64,000 bases of DNA from a candidate division WOR-3 bacterium (lineage in GTDB: Bacteria > Hydrothermota > 32-111): the NCBI GenBank assembly GCA_039804105.1, contig JBDRZU010000001.1:32001-96000 (forward strand), given 5' to 3'. How positions within the stretch are numbered: the first letter of the stretch is position 1; each line of letters opens with the position of its first letter. Both the position numbers and the translations under genes were made by a program. Under the pieces are notes generated by a model, which worked only from the letters and a program-made list of their open reading frames with translations, was not told the DNA's origin and ran no database searches. Below are positions 44,585 to 54,648 of the stretch, one piece after another.

Positions 44585-47500
44585 TTATTTTTTTTCGATT
44601 CTTTCTAAAACCTCATTTAAATTATCTTCAATATTTTTATAATCTTTATCCTTCAACCAATCTTTGACCTTTTCTAAAAGTTTTTTTCCTTCCTCAATTT
44701 TTCCTGTTAATACAAGTGATCCAGCGTAATAGGGGAGTGATTCATAATGGATTTCAAGAAGGTTTTTCTTTAAAGATTCATCGAGAACAGGTCTTAAAAC
44801 CTCCAAACATTTTTTATACTCCCCCTGTAAAAAGTAACAGTTCCCTTCTATCTGATAAACATCAATCCATCTTTCTTCAAGTTTGTTCTTTTTGATCTCT
44901 TCTTTTGCCATATCTATATATGTCTTTGCTGTTTCAAAATCTCTATTTTCGGTTGAAAGGAGTGCAAGGTTGAGTATCCAGATAAATCTTGTGTTCGAAT
45001 ATGGAACCTTTATTGATAGATCGAGTGCCTTTTCATAGAAATCATAAGCATTCTTGTAATCTTTAAGCACATGGTAACATACTCCGAGGTTACCGGTTAT
45101 TGTTTCAAGAAGTAGATTGGATTTACTCACCTGTGCGATTTCCATACCTTTGTTGTAATAATCGATACTTTTTTCAATATCTCCCTTGTTGAAAAATATT
45201 CTTCCAAGTATAATATAAATAATTGCCCTTTCTGATGAGAGGTTTAAGAGTTCTGCCAGTTTTAATGCTTCAAGTTCAAATGAAAGGGAATCGTCTATCT
45301 GTCCAAACTCTCTCAGGTTTGTTGCTATCGAATGCAAAACTCTGAATTTTTCAAGAGGCAGATTCAAATTTTCCATCTCTTTAAGATATTTTTTCCCAAT
45401 ATCGATTGCTTCTAAAATGTTGTATTTACCTAAAGGAAAAAGGAAAAACATTTTAACAAGTGTTGAATACCCATTTAATCTATCATTTTTTTTAAAATAT
45501 TCATTCGCTATGTCTTTGAATATTTTTTCAGAATTTTCATAGTCCCCAATTTGAATCAAAGTTGAGGGTAAGCGTAAAGAAACTTTTGTTTCAAGATCCA
45601 TATTTTGATATTCTGTTAATGTTTTTCCTATGTATTCTTTTGCTTTCTCGTCATTCCTTAAAACCATTACATATGTTATAAGATCAAGAATTTTGGTTCT
45701 TGTTTTTGAATCTTTCACTTTTTCAATATCAAATGAAGAAAATTCTTCTTTGATATTTTCAAATTTTCCTTCTTTGAAAAAAATTTCAAGCATAAAGTAT
45801 CTGTAAGTATCTTCATCCAGAAGTTTTTTGTTTTCTTTTAAAACCTCTTTCATCTCATCAATTCTTCCTTCTTTAAGAAGAATATAAAAAATAGTTTTAA
45901 TAATTTCAGGATCCTTTTTTAAACTGTTGAGTGTTTTAAAATAAACTATGTGTGAATAGTTTAATTTGAAAGGTGGGATTTCTTTTACTGAACTTAAAAG
46001 CCCGAAAGCTTTTTGATAATCGTTTGACTTATAGAAGTGCAACCCTGCTTCAAAATTTTCTCCAATTTTTAAGTAGAATTCTCCGATCGTTTTATGTGTG
46101 TTTTTTCTTTCTTTTAAAGGTATTGAATGGTACAGATGGCTTTTTAATATTTTATTTTTGAAAGTTATAATGTCACCATTTTTTTCTATAAAGTTTCTTT
46201 CAATTAGATCGTTGATACTATTTTCATCCAATTTTTTGAAGATTCCCAAAAAATCTTTGATTTTTATAGGTTTTTCAAAAAAGGACAGGTATTTCAAAAA
46301 ATCGAACTGATTTTGTTTAAGATCGGAAAACATTATCTGAGAAATTGAACTTATATCCTTTGATACGACATCAGTATCTGAAGAAAAATCCCATTCACCG
46401 AAAAAATTTATTGTAATTTTACCTTTTTCAACAAGTTCTTTGAAGATGGTCGTGATTAAAAAGATATTCCCTTTTGTAAGGTCGAACAGGTGTTCTACAA
46501 CCTTTCTTGATGGCTTTATTCCAGTTCTTATAAACAAAAGTTCAAACAGTTCCTCTTTTTCAGGGAAATCAAGGATTAGATCTCCAATTTTTTTGTTGAA
46601 AAGAAAAATAACTTTTTTTGAAAAATTTGTTGTTTTGAGACTTTCGATCAGTTCAAGTGAATTAGAGTCAAGGTATTCACAATTATCAAAAATAAAAATA
46701 TCATAATCAGAATTTTTCAAACTCTCTTTAAAAATCTGAATTCCAAGATCTTTTTGTATATCCTCATCTATTTTTATTTGAGAGAAATTTTTCAAAAGAA
46801 TATTTTTTTCTCCTTCAAGATAATTGAATTGGAAATATTCAGCGCTCAAGTTGTTTTTAAAAATATGGGATGAAACCAAATGTGTTTTTCCTGTTCCTTC
46901 CTCTCCTCCTATTATCAGGAGATCTTTTTCTTTTAAAATATTTTCAACCTCTTCCAGGTAGGAGTTTCTATCATAATATGGATTATAAAGAGGAACCCTA
47001 TTTTTATTGTAATTTTTAGGAATATATAGATTTATTTTTCCTATACCTTTAAGATTCGAATTTTTTTTGAATTCGACTTCTAAAAACCTATTATCCTCCA
47101 TGATATTTTTATCTATCAAAATTTCTCCAAAATCTGCTTCTGTTGATATTCTTGCTGCTCTGTTGATCGTTTTTCCAATAAGGTTGTATTCTAATCTTTT
47201 TGTTCCATCTGAAAACCCGTTAAAAATATATCCCGAGGTGGCTCCACCTTTTACACTTTCTTTAAATTCACTTTTTAAAATATCAAATATGAAATCTCCC
47301 ATGATCAAAGATGGAGAACTTTTAGCAAATGGAATACCTGAAACACACATCAATCTTATTCCATCTTCATACTGTTCGATTTTATTTATGTGAATCCTTC
47401 CATAGTTTAATTTTAAAATTTTCTCTGTAGTTTCTAGATCCTGTGTATAGATGAATAAAACCGAAACATACGAGAAGGATCCAAAATTTTTTTCCTTTTC

Positions 47501-48073
47501 TATAAACAGTTTTTTTACATCAGAATCAAGTTTTAAATTTTTTTCAACATCATTTTTAATTTTTTCATCTATGTTATTTGTTTGTTTTAAACTGTACTCA
47601 AAAATTTTTGCCTTTTTTTCCTCTTCAAGTGCTGATCTGATCGTTTCACCATAAAAGAGTGGAATAATACCACCATTGTTTTCAAAAAGGTGAATCTTTA
47701 TTTCTCCATCTGCAACCCCTGCTCTAATACTCAAAACATTTCCCTCTTTTTTTGTAAATTCAACCATATTTTCAAAACTTTTCAAACCAGCATTTAAATT
47801 AGGGAAATATGCAAGTATCGCATCACCACTATAGTTTAATATATCACCATTGAAATTGTCTATAATATCTGTAAAATTTCTAAAATAATATTGTATTATA
47901 TCTCTTATCTTTTCTGCTCCTTCATAGCCCTCAGACATCAGATTTTCAGAAAGTTGTGTGAAACCTGAAATATCTGTGAATGTGACGATCCCTTCAATAG
48001 TATAATCTGTTAAATCAGGGGAATAGATTTTCCTTAATATTTTTGGAAAAAACAGATTTTCAAAATTTTCCAT
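44585..48073 (-). CDS. Class III nucleotidyl cyclase (tandem) - STAND/AAA ATPase - TPR protein
   Basis: FTDISGFT..SE, GDAI; second cyclase half EYNLIGKTINRAAR; Walker A GEEGTGKT; TKGNIF wHTH-type motif; about 8 C-terminal TPRs. Confidence 0.85.
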   Translation of the reverse strand: MENFENLFFPKILRKIYSPDLTDYTIEGIVTFTDISGFTQLSENLMSEGYEGAEKIRDIIQYYFRNFTDIIDNFNGDILNYSGDAILAYFPNLNAGLKSFENMVEFTKKEGNVLSIRAGVADGEIKIHLFENNGGIIPLFYGETIRSALEEEKKAKIFEYSLKQTNNIDEKIKNDVEKNLKLDSDVKKLFIEKEKNFGSFSYVSVLFIYTQDLETTEKILKLNYGRIHINKIEQYEDGIRLMCVSGIPFAKSSPSLIMGDFIFDILKSEFKESVKGGATSGYIFNGFSDGTKRLEYNLIGKTINRAARISTEADFGEILIDKNIMEDNRFLEVEFKKNSNLKGIGKINLYIPKNYNKNRVPLYNPYYDRNSYLEEVENILKEKDLLIIGGEEGTGKTHLVSSHIFKNNLSAEYFQFNYLEGEKNILLKNFSQIKIDEDIQKDLGIQIFKESLKNSDYDIFIFDNCEYLDSNSLELIESLKTTNFSKKVIFLFNKKIGDLILDFPEKEELFELLFIRTGIKPSRKVVEHLFDLTKGNIFLITTIFKELVEKGKITINFFGEWDFSSDTDVVSKDISSISQIMFSDLKQNQFDFLKYLSFFEKPIKIKDFLGIFKKLDENSINDLIERNFIEKNGDIITFKNKILKSHLYHSIPLKERKNTHKTIGEFYLKIGENFEAGLHFYKSNDYQKAFGLLSSVKEIPPFKLNYSHIVYFKTLNSLKKDPEIIKTIFYILLKEGRIDEMKEVLKENKKLLDEDTYRYFMLEIFFKEGKFENIKEEFSSFDIEKVKDSKTRTKILDLITYVMVLRNDEKAKEYIGKTLTEYQNMDLETKVSLRLPSTLIQIGDYENSEKIFKDIANEYFKKNDRLNGYSTLVKMFFLFPLGKYNILEAIDIGKKYLKEMENLNLPLEKFRVLHSIATNLREFGQIDDSLSFELEALKLAELLNLSSERAIIYIILGRIFFNKGDIEKSIDYYNKGMEIAQVSKSNLLLETITGNLGVCYHVLKDYKNAYDFYEKALDLSIKVPYSNTRFIWILNLALLSTENRDFETAKTYIDMAKEEIKKNKLEERWIDVYQIEGNCYFLQGEYKKCLEVLRPVLDESLKKNLLEIHYESLPYYAGSLVLTGKIEEGKKLLEKVKDWLKDKDYKNIEDNLNEVLERIEKK

Positions 48074-48076
48074 AAA

Positions 48077-48910
48077 TTATTTCAACTTTATTCCCAAACT
48101 GATCGAAAAAGTATGCAACCAGTTTTTTACATATCCATCATATCTTGAATTGTCATCTTTATTTGTTCCTTCAGCACCACCGCCAAGGTATCTGAGATTT
48201 AAAAATATTTTTGAAAAAGAGTTAACATTGTAAACGAACCTTGTTGAAATATCAAATATCGCTCCAACAAAATCATATTTTGAGCCTGTGATATATCTAC
48301 CCGAAGCATAGAAACCATCGAACTCATTTTCAACAAAAACTTTTGTTCCAAGTTCAGATTCTGTTTTAAATTTAAATATCGGAACCGGACCTATATTGGA
48401 ATTTGTAACAAGGTTTTTATCATCAGAAAAGGATATAAATGCGTTTCTTAATTGGAATGATAAACCTACATATATTTTATTTTTGTTGAAAGTTAAAATG
48501 TTATAAATATATGAAATTCTATAGAAATCGAAACTGTAAAGAAATTCCATATTTGAATTTTTTGGGAAAATAACAGAATCAACCAATATGGTATCTTGTA
48601 AGAATGCTTCTGTTTTTAAAGTCAATGGCTGATATAAAAATGTTAGAACATGTTTTTCGTTTATTGCGATTTCAACTGAATACCTTTCAAATGGATAAAG
48701 ATTACTTTGATTTCCATCTTTCACATAGTCAAAATATGTACAATCTTTTCCAAACTGGATCTTATGAAAAAAAACATTCACAAATCCTTTTTCGTAAACA
48801 GGATAAATTTTTATAACATTTTGTTCATTGTTGAAAGTGAAATAATTTTCGTTTGCTAACAAGAAAATGAAAGAGAATACAAAAATCATAAATGGAAAAA
48901 ATTTTTTCAT
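48077..48910 (-). CDS. Exported beta-barrel-like outer-membrane protein
   Basis: Signal peptide; amphipathic strands; terminal strand FSISLGIKL; promoter TTGAAT-N17-TATAAT and GGAGG upstream. Confidence 0.6.
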   Translation of the reverse strand: MKKFFPFMIFVFSFIFLLANENYFTFNNEQNVIKIYPVYEKGFVNVFFHKIQFGKDCTYFDYVKDGNQSNLYPFERYSVEIAINEKHVLTFLYQPLTLKTEAFLQDTILVDSVIFPKNSNMEFLYSFDFYRISYIYNILTFNKNKIYVGLSFQLRNAFISFSDDKNLVTNSNIGPVPIFKFKTESELGTKVFVENEFDGFYASGRYITGSKYDFVGAIFDISTRFVYNVNSFSKIFLNLRYLGGGAEGTNKDDNSRYDGYVKNWLHTFSISLGIKLK

Positions 48911-49013
48911 ATAACCTCCAATCTAATAAATTATAGTCCCTAAAAGATATAAATTCAATGGATTTGAATGTTTAGTTTACAAGTATTTTTTTTATTGTAT
49001 AATTATATTTAAA

Positions 49014-51257
49014 ATGACAAAGAAAATACTTTTTTTTATATTAATTTCAAATTTATTCTTACCTCTATCTATTTACTCTGATGACTTTTATGGTTATGTT
49101 TTTGAAGAAGAAAAGAATGAGCCGTTAATGTTTTGTAATGTGTATGTGGTTAACAAAGAAAAAGAAATATTAAAAGGAGATCTTACAGATGAAACAGGTT
49201 TTTATATAATAAAAGATATTCCCTATGGAGAATATTATCTTATAGTTAACCTTATAGGTTTTCAGAGTGAAACATTAAAAGTTTATTCAAAAGGTGAGGA
49301 TCTAAAGGTAAAAAACAATTTCAAATTGAAAATAAAAAGTTTGGTTTATAAAGGAAGCGAAATTACAGCAGAAAGAAGTGAATTCAAAAATGAGATCTCT
49401 ATAAGTAAGAAAATTTATAAAAGGGAAGAATTAAAAATATCCGTTCCACTTGTTGAAAATGATATCATGAGATCTTTTCAATTACTCCCTTCTGTTACAG
49501 CATCATCAGATTTTTCATCAGCACTTTATGTAAGAGGTGGAGCACCTGATCAAAACCTTATACTTTTTGATAATGCCTTAATATTTAATCCTTTTCATCT
49601 TGGTGGTCTTTTCTCAACATTTGAAATAAACTCTATAGACAATGTGACTTTTTATGCTGGTGGGTTTCCATCAAGTTTTGGAAACAGATTATCGTCTGTG
49701 ATAGATATGAAAAGCATTACTCCAAAAGAGGAAAAAAGTCACACGGTTATTGATGTATCAATGTTATCTTCAAAACTACATTTTCAGTCAAAAGTTTATA
49801 AAGGTTTTTCTTTTTTTGTTTCTTTCAGGAGGACATATTTTGATCAACTTCTAAAACTTATCAGATTCGATTTCCCATATTATTTTTATGATATCACTAC
49901 CGCTTTAAATTATAGGATGAACGAAAAAAACAATTTAAAATTATCATTTTTTCTTGATCAGGATATACTTGATATAAATCTTGATACGGTTTCTGTTGCT
50001 GATGTAAGATGGGGTAACAGGATGGTTTCTCTTGAACACTCTTTTCTTTTGAATAACAGTTCAAACATTGTTTCAAACATCTATTATTCAGATTATAAAA
50101 ACAGGATGGATTTTTTAAAATTGGTTCATATACATTCGTATATATATCAATATGGTGGGAAAACAAAATTTGAGAAAAAATTTGGTGAAAACAATTTTTA
50201 TACTGGTTTTGAATTTTACAGGGATAGTTTTGATTATCTCTTTACGATTTCAGATACAGGTGAACTTTTAAATTTCAAAAACAATCCTTACTATTTTTCA
50301 ACATTTTTAAACTATTCTTATAAAAGAACTGGTTTTTATATTTTTGATTTTGGTATAAGGATAGACAGATACCAGTTCATCAGAAAATTTTTCCCAAATC
50401 TAAGAGGATCTTTCAAATACTTTATTGATCAGAATTCATCTTTTACTTTTAGTGTTGGTGATTATTATCAGTTTATAACTTCAGTAAAGCAGGAAACAGG
50501 TGATTTCTCTTCGATTTTTGGAGAAACATGGTTACCAGTGTCTGAAAATTTTGAACCTTTAAGATGTTTACATTACATAGCGGGATATGAAAAATGGTTT
50601 TCTAACGATTTATCTTTAAACTTTGAAATGTATTATAAAGATTATAAAAATCTTGTATACACAACTTTGATGGATATTTTTTATAATCTTGATGATCCTG
50701 TTAAAGGTTATAAAACTACAAAAGGTTATAGTGAGGGGTTTGAAATACTTTTGAAAAAAAGTTCTGGAAATCTTACAGGTTGGATCGGTTATTCGTATTC
50801 AAGGGTAAGGATGCTCAAAGATTCAATCTATTATCCGACCTACTATGATAGAACAAACTCTTTTATATTAAATATTTCCTATCTTTTAAAGAATGGAATA
50901 AATTTTAATCTTGTGATAAACTATGGAAGTGGTTTACCTTATACTGCTGTCGTAGGTAAATATATGGATTATACATTCGATCCAATAACAGGTGAATATT
51001 ATAGAGGATGGTGGAGAGAAATAGAATCAGATTTCAATAGTGCAAGGTTTCCACCTTACAAAAGGGTTGATGTTGGAGTTTCAAAAAAGTTCAAATTCAA
51101 CAAGTTTAATCTTGGACTATCTTTGAATATAATAAACTTGTTCAACTTTAAAAATGTATATTTTTACTATTACGATCATTCTGTTTCTCCATCAAGAAGA
51201 GAGGATTTTACCATGTTCCCTATAATTCCAACAGTTGGAGTTCAATGTGAGTTTTAA
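49014..51257 (+). CDS. TonB-dependent receptor with N-terminal CarboxypepD_reg-like domain
   Basis: Plug LYVRGGAPDQNLILFD, GGF...FGNRLSSV, C-terminal NLFN and terminal F. Confidence 0.92.
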   Translation: MTKKILFFILISNLFLPLSIYSDDFYGYVFEEEKNEPLMFCNVYVVNKEKEILKGDLTDETGFYIIKDIPYGEYYLIVNLIGFQSETLKVYSKGEDLKVKNNFKLKIKSLVYKGSEITAERSEFKNEISISKKIYKREELKISVPLVENDIMRSFQLLPSVTASSDFSSALYVRGGAPDQNLILFDNALIFNPFHLGGLFSTFEINSIDNVTFYAGGFPSSFGNRLSSVIDMKSITPKEEKSHTVIDVSMLSSKLHFQSKVYKGFSFFVSFRRTYFDQLLKLIRFDFPYYFYDITTALNYRMNEKNNLKLSFFLDQDILDINLDTVSVADVRWGNRMVSLEHSFLLNNSSNIVSNIYYSDYKNRMDFLKLVHIHSYIYQYGGKTKFEKKFGENNFYTGFEFYRDSFDYLFTISDTGELLNFKNNPYYFSTFLNYSYKRTGFYIFDFGIRIDRYQFIRKFFPNLRGSFKYFIDQNSSFTFSVGDYYQFITSVKQETGDFSSIFGETWLPVSENFEPLRCLHYIAGYEKWFSNDLSLNFEMYYKDYKNLVYTTLMDIFYNLDDPVKGYKTTKGYSEGFEILLKKSSGNLTGWIGYSYSRVRMLKDSIYYPTYYDRTNSFILNISYLLKNGINFNLVINYGSGLPYTAVVGKYMDYTFDPITGEYYRGWWREIESDFNSARFPPYKRVDVGVSKKFKFNKFNLGLSLNIINLFNFKNVYFYYYDHSVSPSRREDFTMFPIIPTVGVQCEF

Positions 51258-51969
51258 AAAATTTTTATTTATGATATCTATAATTGTTATGCTTTCCTGT
51301 TCGATAGTAGAAAAAGGAGAGTACAACACAACATATTATATTTTTTCAGTTTTGAAAGTAGGAGATGACAGGATAAGAGTTATTGTTGATTCAACTCTTT
51401 CGATAAAAGATTCGTTGAACTCAGAGAACAATTTTGTTTTGGATGCGATCGTTAAAATAAATGGGAACACTGCTTACGTTGAAACTCTTGATGTTGATAG
51501 TACTGGCTATAAATATGTATATCTATTAAATGAAGAAGTGTTATCTGAAAAGAACTATGAGATAGAGGTAAGAGTTGATGATAAAAGTTTCAAAGCGAAA
51601 ACTTTCACTCCAAAACATCTGGATTTTTTAATATACTCAGATTCTTCACAACTAAAAATTGATAGTTCTCTTATCTTAATCTGGAACAGTTCTGGTATCG
51701 GGTTTTATATGGTTCAGATAAACCAAAAGAATGAGTATGGAAGTTTTTATCTGTTTCAAACTGGTATTGAGAATGATACTTTTCTTCCACTTTTCAACAT
51801 TTCATATCTTTTCCCAGATAGTGGAACTTATGATTTTTTTGTGATCTCTTGTGATTCTTCATATTTCAAATATATGACCGATGAAAAGTTCTCATCTTTT
51901 GAGAATGGGTATGGTTTATTCGGTAGTGTGTCTGTTGGGGTTTTGAAAGATGTGAAACTTTTTAAGTGA
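51247..51969 (+). CDS. Lipoprotein (DUF4249-like TBDR partner)
   Basis: Lipobox MLSC, C-terminal NGYGLFGS motif, coupled to TBDR. Confidence 0.7.
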   Translation: MSFKKFLFMISIIVMLSCSIVEKGEYNTTYYIFSVLKVGDDRIRVIVDSTLSIKDSLNSENNFVLDAIVKINGNTAYVETLDVDSTGYKYVYLLNEEVLSEKNYEIEVRVDDKSFKAKTFTPKHLDFLIYSDSSQLKIDSSLILIWNSSGIGFYMVQINQKNEYGSFYLFQTGIENDTFLPLFNISYLFPDSGTYDFFVISCDSSYFKYMTDEKFSSFENGYGLFGSVSVGVLKDVKLFK

Positions 51970-54329
51970 GAGATTTTATGAAAAAGTTTATTAAAAATTT
52001 TTTCTTTTTTTTCATCATTTTTTTACTTTTCTGTAACTTTTCAGTTGAAAAAAAGAAGAAGCAACTTTTAAAGGAAAGCGAAAAATATGATCTTAAAGTT
52101 TGGGCAGAGTTCATTTTAAAAAACTCGGAAGACGTTGACATTTTGAATTTCAACAGAAATAATTTTATAAACAACCTTCTTGCATTAAGGGAAAATTTGA
52201 AAAGAGTGACTTGGAAAGACAAGATAGATGATTCATTACTTTTTCATTATGTTATCCCTTTGAGAGTATCACAGGAACCCCTTGAGAATTTTTATGAGAT
52301 TTACAAAGACACACTCTATGAACTTGTAAAAAATCTTTCGATGAGGGATGCCGTATTTAAAATAAACGAATGGTGTTATACAAAAATCGAGTATAAGCCA
52401 ACAGAACCATACGATCAGAACGCTCTCACAACATTAAGAAGAGGTTTTGGAAGATGTGAAGAGATGATGATTTTGTTCATAAAATCGTTAAGAACTGTTG
52501 GGATTCCTGCAAGAGAAGCGTATACACCTTACTGGCCATTTACAAACAGTAACCATGCATGGTGTGAAGTTTGGGTTGATGGTAAGTGGTATTTTTTAGG
52601 TGGAGCAGAACCATCAGATCTTAACAACTCATGGTTTAAAGATGAAGTTAGAAGAACAGGTGTTGTTCTTTCTCCAGTTTTTGGTAAAGGTCAAAACGGT
52701 TTTGATATTTTGAATGTATCAAAAAATTATTTTTCTCCTGTAAAGTTGAAAATAAAAGGTGAGAAGAATGGCATTGTTTCAGTTTCAGTTTTTAATTTTT
52801 CTGGATTGTTACCAATACTTATAGATACACTTTTAGATAGTATGGAGTTTGAACTAGGGAAAAATTCATATTTTTTGTTTGGTTATAGAGAGGGGAAAAT
52901 CGCCTATCAAGTAGTCGATCTTTTTTCTGATACAACAATCTATCTACGATTTGATAAAGATGGTGTTGAAGATATGTCTTTTGTTTTAAAAGTATCGGAT
53001 GTTGAAAAAGAGGGAAAAGATGTTTTTTATAATCCGAACTTTGATTCTTTGAACATTATAAGAAAAGATAATTTTGAGAAACTTGAATATAAAGATGATA
53101 CAAAAGATAGTTTGTTAAACAGGATACTTAAGGAATCAAGGGGAAATTTCCAAACAATTTTGAGATTTTATGAAATCCTTAATGATGATCAAAAAATTAT
53201 TTTTAAAACATTTTTGAAAAATTTTTCATCAAAAGATCTTGTTTCTCTTGATACTGTTGGACTATACAAAGAGATAAAAGTGATAAATTTTCCCATAAAA
53301 GGTTTTGATGACAGTATAGTTGAAGATTATATAATATCACAAAGGATCAATTATGAACCTGTAAGTTTTTACAGGCATGAACTTTTAAAGAGGTTTAAGA
53401 AATTTAAAGACTCTGATCCTGAAAAGATATATGAAAAAATTTCTGATTGGATTGAAAAAAATATTAAAGATGATAATTCAAAGAATTTTTATAAAACTAT
53501 TAAAACACCCCTTGAAACTTACATTCTAAAAAAAGGTAGTGAACTTGAAAAAAATATTTTGAAAGTTGCAATAATGAGGAGTTTGAATATTCCAGCGAAA
53601 CTTAATTGGGATATGAAAATAGTTTCATTCTATAGTCAAAATGGGTGGGTTGACAAAAGTTTGGAAGAAAGAAAAAATTTTAAAAAGTTTGTTTTTCTGA
53701 AATTTTATGAGAATGGTAAAAATGTATCGAAAGAAAAAAATATTTATGAGGACTATTCGATTGAAAAGTTTGTAAATAATCCTGATATATTTGAACCTGA
53801 GATAGTTGAAAATTCTGATTCCTTAATAAAAATCGAACTCGATGATAACAATTATTACCTCATATATGGATTAAGAGACAAAACAGGTTCATCTTTTGGA
53901 TATATCAAAAAAATAATTTCTGATACGATGAATGTTTCTCTCGATAGTTTAAAAAATTTTTTAATTTCCCCAAATCTGACTTTTAAAAGTTTTAAGAATT
54001 TTCAAAAACTCTTAACCTTTAAAACTGTTAACGATGTAAAGAAATTGTTGTTATTTCTTGACTTGAACAATGAAGAATCCATTTCTACCTTTCTTAACAA
54101 TAAAGAGTTTATAAAAAAATTTGATGGTTTTGTTTTTATTTTTGTAAACAAAGACGATGAACTTTTAAAAGGTTTTGGAAACGAAAAGATAGCAGTTTTT
54201 AAAGTGTCAAAAGATCTTTTTAAAGATTTTGATGTTAATGTGCTTCCAACCATTATCGTTCTTGATGGTGAAAAAACTATTTTCTGGATAGAGGGCTTAA
54301 ACCTTAATTTAAAAAATTTTATCAAATAA
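51966..54329 (+). CDS. Exported transglutaminase-like (papain-fold) domain protein
   Basis: GRCEE, GIPAR, NHAWCEVW catalytic block; second degenerate TG repeat (RSLNIPAK); C-terminal thioredoxin-like fold without Cys. Confidence 0.85.
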   Translation: MRDFMKKFIKNFFFFFIIFLLFCNFSVEKKKKQLLKESEKYDLKVWAEFILKNSEDVDILNFNRNNFINNLLALRENLKRVTWKDKIDDSLLFHYVIPLRVSQEPLENFYEIYKDTLYELVKNLSMRDAVFKINEWCYTKIEYKPTEPYDQNALTTLRRGFGRCEEMMILFIKSLRTVGIPAREAYTPYWPFTNSNHAWCEVWVDGKWYFLGGAEPSDLNNSWFKDEVRRTGVVLSPVFGKGQNGFDILNVSKNYFSPVKLKIKGEKNGIVSVSVFNFSGLLPILIDTLLDSMEFELGKNSYFLFGYREGKIAYQVVDLFSDTTIYLRFDKDGVEDMSFVLKVSDVEKEGKDVFYNPNFDSLNIIRKDNFEKLEYKDDTKDSLLNRILKESRGNFQTILRFYEILNDDQKIIFKTFLKNFSSKDLVSLDTVGLYKEIKVINFPIKGFDDSIVEDYIISQRINYEPVSFYRHELLKRFKKFKDSDPEKIYEKISDWIEKNIKDDNSKNFYKTIKTPLETYILKKGSELEKNILKVAIMRSLNIPAKLNWDMKIVSFYSQNGWVDKSLEERKNFKKFVFLKFYENGKNVSKEKNIYEDYSIEKFVNNPDIFEPEIVENSDSLIKIELDDNNYYLIYGLRDKTGSSFGYIKKIISDTMNVSLDSLKNFLISPNLTFKSFKNFQKLLTFKTVNDVKKLLLFLDLNNEESISTFLNNKEFIKKFDGFVFIFVNKDDELLKGFGNEKIAVFKVSKDLFKDFDVNVLPTIIVLDGEKTIFWIEGLNLNLKNFIK

Positions 54330-54338
54330 GGAGGGAGT

Positions 54339-54557
54339 ATGGATTGTCCTCATATCGATCGCTGTCCTTTTTTTAATGATAGGTTGAAAGATATGCCTTC
54401 AATGAGTAACATCTACAAAAGAAACTATTGTAAAAAAGATTATGAAAAATGTGCAAGGTTTAGAGTTTCCGCTGCTATCGGGAAAGAGAATGTTCCACTT
54501 GATCTTTTTCCAAACCAGGAAGAAAAAGCAGAGAAAATAATAAGGGAGTTCAAGTGA
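54339..54557 (+). CDS. Small Cys-rich protein
   Basis: CPHIDRCPFF...YC...CAR...VP.DL.P; GGAGGGAG RBS. Confidence 0.75.
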   Translation: MDCPHIDRCPFFNDRLKDMPSMSNIYKRNYCKKDYEKCARFRVSAAIGKENVPLDLFPNQEEKAEKIIREFK

Positions 54558-54596
54558 TAAATTCTTTGATTTGTTTACACAAAGTTTAACTTAATA

Positions 54597-54625
54597 TTGA
54601 ATATTTATTTATTTTCTGTTATCAT
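54597..54625 (+). promoter_or_regulatory. sigma70 promoter of the clpC-bamA operon
   Basis: TTGAAT-N17-TATCAT with an extended TGn. Confidence 0.55.
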
Positions 54626-54648
54626 ATATATTTAAAAATAGGAGATGT

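Noticed and set aside
42586..48073. Patatin plus nucleotide cyclase as a CBASS/Pycsar-like defence operon
   Set aside because: Opposite strands, separate promoters, an intervening gene, no CD-NTase and no cNMP-binding domain on the patatin
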